A stretch of 64,000 bases of DNA from Sulfurovum sp. (GTDB taxonomy: Bacteria; Campylobacterota; Campylobacteria; Campylobacterales; Sulfurovaceae): contig JAAXPZ010000006.1 in NCBI GenBank assembly GCA_012329065.1, forward strand, positions 12,877-76,876, read 5' to 3'. Made by a program: the position numbers and the translations under genes. Below the pieces are notes generated by a model. That model did no database searches. It was given only the letters and a program-made list of their open reading frames with translations, and was not told the DNA's origin. Below, one piece after another: positions 59,929 to 64,000 of the stretch; the first letter of the stretch is position 1, and each line of letters opens with the position of its first letter.

Positions 59929-61317
59929 ATGAATTTACAATCCTATATCGATCTATATCAGCTTTTGCAAAACAAGCAAATATCACATTCGTCTAACAGA
60001 TCATTTGCACTTGAGCATGATTTGTTAAAAAAGAGCCCTCAAGAAAGAGTTCTATTCTGGATAAAGACTTATCGTAATAGCTTAAAGGGGGCATCTCAGA
60101 GCGAAAAGTTTTGCAGGTATTTATATGGAGTTTCGTTGCTACTTGCTGTGATAGCTTTTATTTTGGGCTTTTTGACTGGCGTTGCCCTGCTTAGTTATAG
60201 TGGCAAAGAGCCAGTTAATATTATTTATTTCTTGACAGTGGCAGTGTTTATGCCGATTGTTACTATGGTCTTGGCACTCATATCTATGATAAAAGCAAAT
60301 ACTGCCCAGAGTATGCTTATACATATTTCTCCAGCTTTTTGGATGGAGAAAGTACTTGGGTTTTTGCCAGGCGGAATGCAGGATAAACTTGGAGAATTCA
60401 AAATAAATCCACTATTGCTAAATTGGCTGACTATAAAACGAGCACAGCTACTATCGTTATTATTTGCTGTAGGATTATTGTTAGCACTTCTTAGTGTGGT
60501 GGCAACCAAAGATATAGCTTTTGCATGGAGTACCACACTTCAGGTTTCTCCTGAGCAATTTCATTCTTTTTTACAAGCACTAGCTTTGCCATGGAAAGAG
60601 TTATTTCCCACTGTTGTGCCATCGATAGAATTGATAGAAAAGAGCCAATACTTTAGGCTAGGGGAAAAACTAGACAATATTATGATTGACGATGCTCGCA
60701 TATTGGGTCAGTGGTGGAAATTTCTTGCCTGTGCTACACTTTTTTATGCGATTATATTGCGTTTGTTGGTTTGGCTACTGGCAAAGATTGGATTTGGGAG
60801 GGCACTATCACGATCCCTGATGAATCTTGATAGTGTAGAGAAGTTACTATATCAAATGAATACAGCTGTTGTGAGCACAATGGCACACACAAAAGAACCA
60901 GAGTTTGTTCAGGGAGATAGCAGATATAGCAGGATAGCCCCTATGTTGAAGATATTTTACAAAAGTACGCTTGGCTGGGCAATGAGTAAGGATGATATCA
61001 CTTTACTAAATGACACTTTGCAGCTTAAGGCTGGCTCTGTTTTTATCGTAGGAGGAAGCAATAGTATAGAAGAGGATAGTCGGATTATTGAGAGCATGCG
61101 AGGCGAGGTGCTTCTATATGTAAAGTCTTGGGAGCCTCCCACTATGGATATAGATGACTTTATTGTAGAGCTGGCAGGCAAAGCAGAGCATATAGTGCTT
61201 GTGCCAGTCGGAACTGTAGCTGATAACTATAGAGTCAAATCAGAAGAGTTGGATGTCTGGAGCAGAAAGCTCGTATCCGTAAATAATCCAAAGGTGTGGT
61301 TATGGCAAAAGAACTAG
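59929..61317 (+). CDS. DUF2868-like membrane protein
   Basis: Polytopic membrane N-terminal half and soluble C-terminal half. The assignment rests on my recollection of the DUF2868/DUF3482 gene pairing and on overall architecture. Confidence 0.55.
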   Translation: MNLQSYIDLYQLLQNKQISHSSNRSFALEHDLLKKSPQERVLFWIKTYRNSLKGASQSEKFCRYLYGVSLLLAVIAFILGFLTGVALLSYSGKEPVNIIYFLTVAVFMPIVTMVLALISMIKANTAQSMLIHISPAFWMEKVLGFLPGGMQDKLGEFKINPLLLNWLTIKRAQLLSLLFAVGLLLALLSVVATKDIAFAWSTTLQVSPEQFHSFLQALALPWKELFPTVVPSIELIEKSQYFRLGEKLDNIMIDDARILGQWWKFLACATLFYAIILRLLVWLLAKIGFGRALSRSLMNLDSVEKLLYQMNTAVVSTMAHTKEPEFVQGDSRYSRIAPMLKIFYKSTLGWAMSKDDITLLNDTLQLKAGSVFIVGGSNSIEEDSRIIESMRGEVLLYVKSWEPPTMDIDDFIVELAGKAEHIVLVPVGTVADNYRVKSEELDVWSRKLVSVNNPKVWLWQKN

Positions 61318-62702
61318 CATATCCCAAGTTCGCTGTTGTTGGTCATCCAAATAAGGGCAAAAGTAGTATCGTGGCATCTCTAGCAAACGATGATAGTGTG
61401 CAGATATCTGATACACCAGGCACCACTATCAAAAGTAGAAGTTTCCCTCTAGAAGTGGATGGCAGTATTGTCTATGAGCTTTTTGATACTCCTGGCTTTC
61501 AGAGAGCAAGAAGAGTTTTATCGTGGTTACAGAAACATGAAGTGTCAGCCCACAAAAGAGCAGAAGTGGTAAGGGCATTTATCTTTGAGCACAGAGAGGA
61601 CAAAAGATATAATGATGAAATAGAGCTACTCACTCCCATAATGGACGGAGCGGGGATTATATATGTTGTGGATGGTTCCAAGCCATATGGTGAGGAGTAT
61701 GAGGCAGAGATGGAGATACTGCGTTGGACAGGACAACCCTCTATGGCTCTAATCAACCATATAGGAGAGAGTGACTATACACTAGAGTGGAGAAAGGCAC
61801 TGGAGCAGTATTTTAGGATAGTTAGAGAATATGATCCTATGAGCACAGAGATGTTGCAGCAGATAGCATTGCTTGAGGCAATGGCACAGCTCAAAGAAGA
61901 GTGGACATCCTCCATCAAAGAATCCATTATATTGTTTAAAAAGTATAGAGAGCAGAAGCTATTACAGAGTGCAAAGACCATAGCCTATCTTGTGCAGAGT
62001 GCGATCTCCTACATAGAAAGATTGAGTATAGATGACGAAGAGGTGACACTGAGTCAAAAGCAACAATTACTTGAAAAATATCAAGCACGACTAAGAAGTC
62101 TTGAACAAAAAGCACAGCAGGCTATAGAGCAGATATGGAGCCACAAACATTTACAGAAAGAACAAGAGAGGCTACTTTTTGAAGGTTTTGATCTCTTTTC
62201 CAAAGAGAGTGAATCTATTTTTGGACTCAGTAGAAAAGAGATGATAGTTACTGGTCTAACAGGCGGAGCGATCACAGGAGCAGGAGTTGACCTCTTGTTT
62301 GCGGGGCATACGCTATTGATCGGTGGTGCTGTAGGTGCAGTGGCTGGCGGTATTGGAGCCTATTTTGGTTTTGATAAAATATCAGACAGCAAGGTACTTG
62401 GAAAAAAACTTGGCAAGAGATATCTAGAGATGGGTCCTATGGAAAATAGAAATTTTCCATATATACTGCTTGGTCGCTCTCTCTATCATCTGTCAGTAAT
62501 AATTCAGAGATCCCATGCCAAGAGAGATGCTGTAGATATAGCCATGGATGAATCTTTTAGGCAAGTTTGGTTGGATGATGAGACTAGAAAGTCATTGGAA
62601 AAATTGCACAAGAAATTTCGTTCTGGAAATGAGATACAAGACAATGCTGTCAAGGCATACGAGGAGCTTATATTGCTGTCTGCTAGAAAACTCTCTGAAT
62701 AG
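61296..62702 (+). CDS. GTPase (MMR_HSR1-type G domain) with DUF3482-like coiled-coil and Gly-zipper membrane region
   Basis: G1 GHPNKGKSS, G2 region TPGTT, G3 DTPG. Then a long helical region and GLTGGAITGAGVD..GGAVGAVAGGIGAYFG. Overlaps the upstream gene by 22 nt. Confidence 0.75.
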   Translation: MVMAKELAYPKFAVVGHPNKGKSSIVASLANDDSVQISDTPGTTIKSRSFPLEVDGSIVYELFDTPGFQRARRVLSWLQKHEVSAHKRAEVVRAFIFEHREDKRYNDEIELLTPIMDGAGIIYVVDGSKPYGEEYEAEMEILRWTGQPSMALINHIGESDYTLEWRKALEQYFRIVREYDPMSTEMLQQIALLEAMAQLKEEWTSSIKESIILFKKYREQKLLQSAKTIAYLVQSAISYIERLSIDDEEVTLSQKQQLLEKYQARLRSLEQKAQQAIEQIWSHKHLQKEQERLLFEGFDLFSKESESIFGLSRKEMIVTGLTGGAITGAGVDLLFAGHTLLIGGAVGAVAGGIGAYFGFDKISDSKVLGKKLGKRYLEMGPMENRNFPYILLGRSLYHLSVIIQRSHAKRDAVDIAMDESFRQVWLDDETRKSLEKLHKKFRSGNEIQDNAVKAYEELILLSARKLSE

Positions 62703-62769
62703 ACATATCTTTATTAATAAATAAAAGTTATGATTATACTATTAAATAAACTATACAAGGGAGAGTAGT

Positions 62770-63090
62770 ATGAAAAAGATTATATTGTCTTTGGGATTGG
62801 GTTTTCTTATTTTAAGTTCGCATGTCGTGGCTGGCGAATCATCACAGAAAGTTGTGATTAAAAAAGCAGATCTTCTTACAAGGTCCATAGAGGTAAAGGG
62901 AATGTTTTGCATGGGTTGTGAAGCAATGACCAAAAAAAACCTACTCAATATCAAAGGTGTAGTTGATGCAAAAGCAAGCCATAAAAACGAAGAAGTGGTT
63001 GTTACATATGATAAAACGAAAGTAGACAAAGATATGCTGTTTAGCTCAATTAAGAAGAGCGGGTACGAAGCGATTAAGTTTAAAGAATAG
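62770..63090 (+). CDS. Periplasmic heavy-metal-associated (HMA) domain protein (MerP/CopZ-like)
   Basis: Signal peptide plus the GMFCMGCE metal-binding motif. Confidence 0.8.
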   Translation: MKKIILSLGLGFLILSSHVVAGESSQKVVIKKADLLTRSIEVKGMFCMGCEAMTKKNLLNIKGVVDAKASHKNEEVVVTYDKTKVDKDMLFSSIKKSGYEAIKFKE

Positions 63091-63095
63091 ATGTT

Positions 63096-63722
63096 ATGAC
63101 ACTTTTAGGTTTTGGAGAACAAGTAAATGGCTATGACTACAAAGTAATAAACGAGAGAGAAGCCAGAGCAAGTGCTGGACTAATATTTCTTTTTGGAATA
63201 TCAAGTACATTCAGTATTGTAACAGAAGAAAGCATGTTCTGGTCAGAGCTTTTTACTGTTACTTTCATATTGGAATTTTTCATCAGAATGTTTATCTCTC
63301 CAAGGTATGCCCCGTATATGATACTTGCTTCTTATATTGTTGGGAACCAAGATCCTGAATGGGTTGAAGCAAAACCTAAGATGTTTGCTTGGTATTTAGG
63401 GCTTATATTGGCTGCAATAATGAGTTACTATATACTTCTTGAAATTGTGTCTATGAATAGAATGGTGGTTTGTGGCCTGTGCATGGCTCTTCTGTTTTTA
63501 GAATCGGCATTTGGTATATGTCTAGGGTGTATAGTCTATAAAAAATTAAATGTACAGTTGCAAAATTGCTCTGGCGGAGTTTGCAAGATTAGACAAAAGA
63601 AGGCATTGGACATCAGAAAGATATTGGTTCTTATAGCACTTGCTATGTTCTTTGTGGGTGTCTATAATTATCTAGATCAAACTAGATATAAAAAGCATTA
63701 TGAGGTTATCATTGTAGATTGA
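63096..63722 (+). CDS. DUF4395-like membrane protein (tentative)
   Basis: Four hydrophobic segments and C-terminal Cys pairs (CLGC, CSGGVC). Confidence 0.4.
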   Translation: MTLLGFGEQVNGYDYKVINEREARASAGLIFLFGISSTFSIVTEESMFWSELFTVTFILEFFIRMFISPRYAPYMILASYIVGNQDPEWVEAKPKMFAWYLGLILAAIMSYYILLEIVSMNRMVVCGLCMALLFLESAFGICLGCIVYKKLNVQLQNCSGGVCKIRQKKALDIRKILVLIALAMFFVGVYNYLDQTRYKKHYEVIIVD

Positions 63723-63731
63723 TAAGTGCGA

Positions 63732-64000
63732 CTAGCTGTCAAGGTGTTTTTGCAAAAACGCATTGAGCTGATTGGCAAAGGCATGTGCATCTTTTGTAGT
63801 AAATGCTTTGGGACCACTTGTCGTCTCTCCTGATTCTCGAATACTCTCCATTAGATTTCGTACGGCTAGATATTGTTTGATATTTTCTATAGTGTATAGC
63901 TCACCCCTATGATCTATAGCATGAGCCTGTTTACCAATAATTCGGTCAGCCAAAGGGATATCTGCTGTAATGACCAGATCTCCTTCTCCTGCCATTTCTA
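63732..64000 (-). CDS. YaiI/YqxD (UPF0178) family protein, 5' end beyond the window
   Basis: DLVITADIPLA......A.AIDHRGELYT..NI...LAVRNLM pattern. The frame stays open to the window edge. Confidence 0.8.
   Translation of the reverse strand, partial: EMAGEGDLVITADIPLADRIIGKQAHAIDHRGELYTIENIKQYLAVRNLMESIRESGETTSGPKAFTTKDAHAFANQLNAFLQKHLDS

Overview
AT-rich bacterial chromosomal segment. Gene content and order look like Campylobacterota (Epsilonproteobacteria): ruvC-dnaA-dnaN origin synteny, RNase J with a long N-terminal extension, NifS/NifU-type genes, thyX, and extended -10 promoters. It carries about 70 densely packed protein genes, mostly housekeeping. These cover replication and repair (dnaA, dnaN, recJ, ruvC, rarA, ung), nucleotide metabolism (nrdA, purB, purM, pyrG, thyX, dgt), translation and RNA modification (thrS, infC, typA, rlmN, rsmA, rnj, two pseudouridine synthases), hisF and cell-envelope genes. 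There is also a five-tRNA operon (Pro-His-Arg-Arg-Leu, minus strand). Accessory-looking content includes a PIN/antitoxin pair, a two-component system next to an ABC/FtsX/LolA-like/outer-membrane cluster, a MoxR-DUF58-transglutaminase cluster, a DUF2868 plus DUF3482-GTPase pair, and an HMA plus DUF4395 pair. I saw no rRNA, CRISPR array, transposase, integrase or phage genes. The most noteworthy observations are: (1) a ~266-nt, highly base-paired element between rnj and rluB, with strand-biased G-U pairing, a UNCG tetraloop and a 7-nt flanking direct repeat. (2) A TauE/NifS-like/NifU-like operon whose desulfurase and scaffold appear to have lost the PLP lysine, the catalytic Cys and seven Fe-S ligand Cys. 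(3) The replication origin, with DnaA-box clusters on both sides of dnaA and a perfect (CTA)5 DnaA-trio-like array before dnaN. (4) A hybrid Phd-like/UPF0175 antitoxin paired with a DUF3368 PIN-like toxin. All family assignments come from motif recognition by eye; no searches were run.
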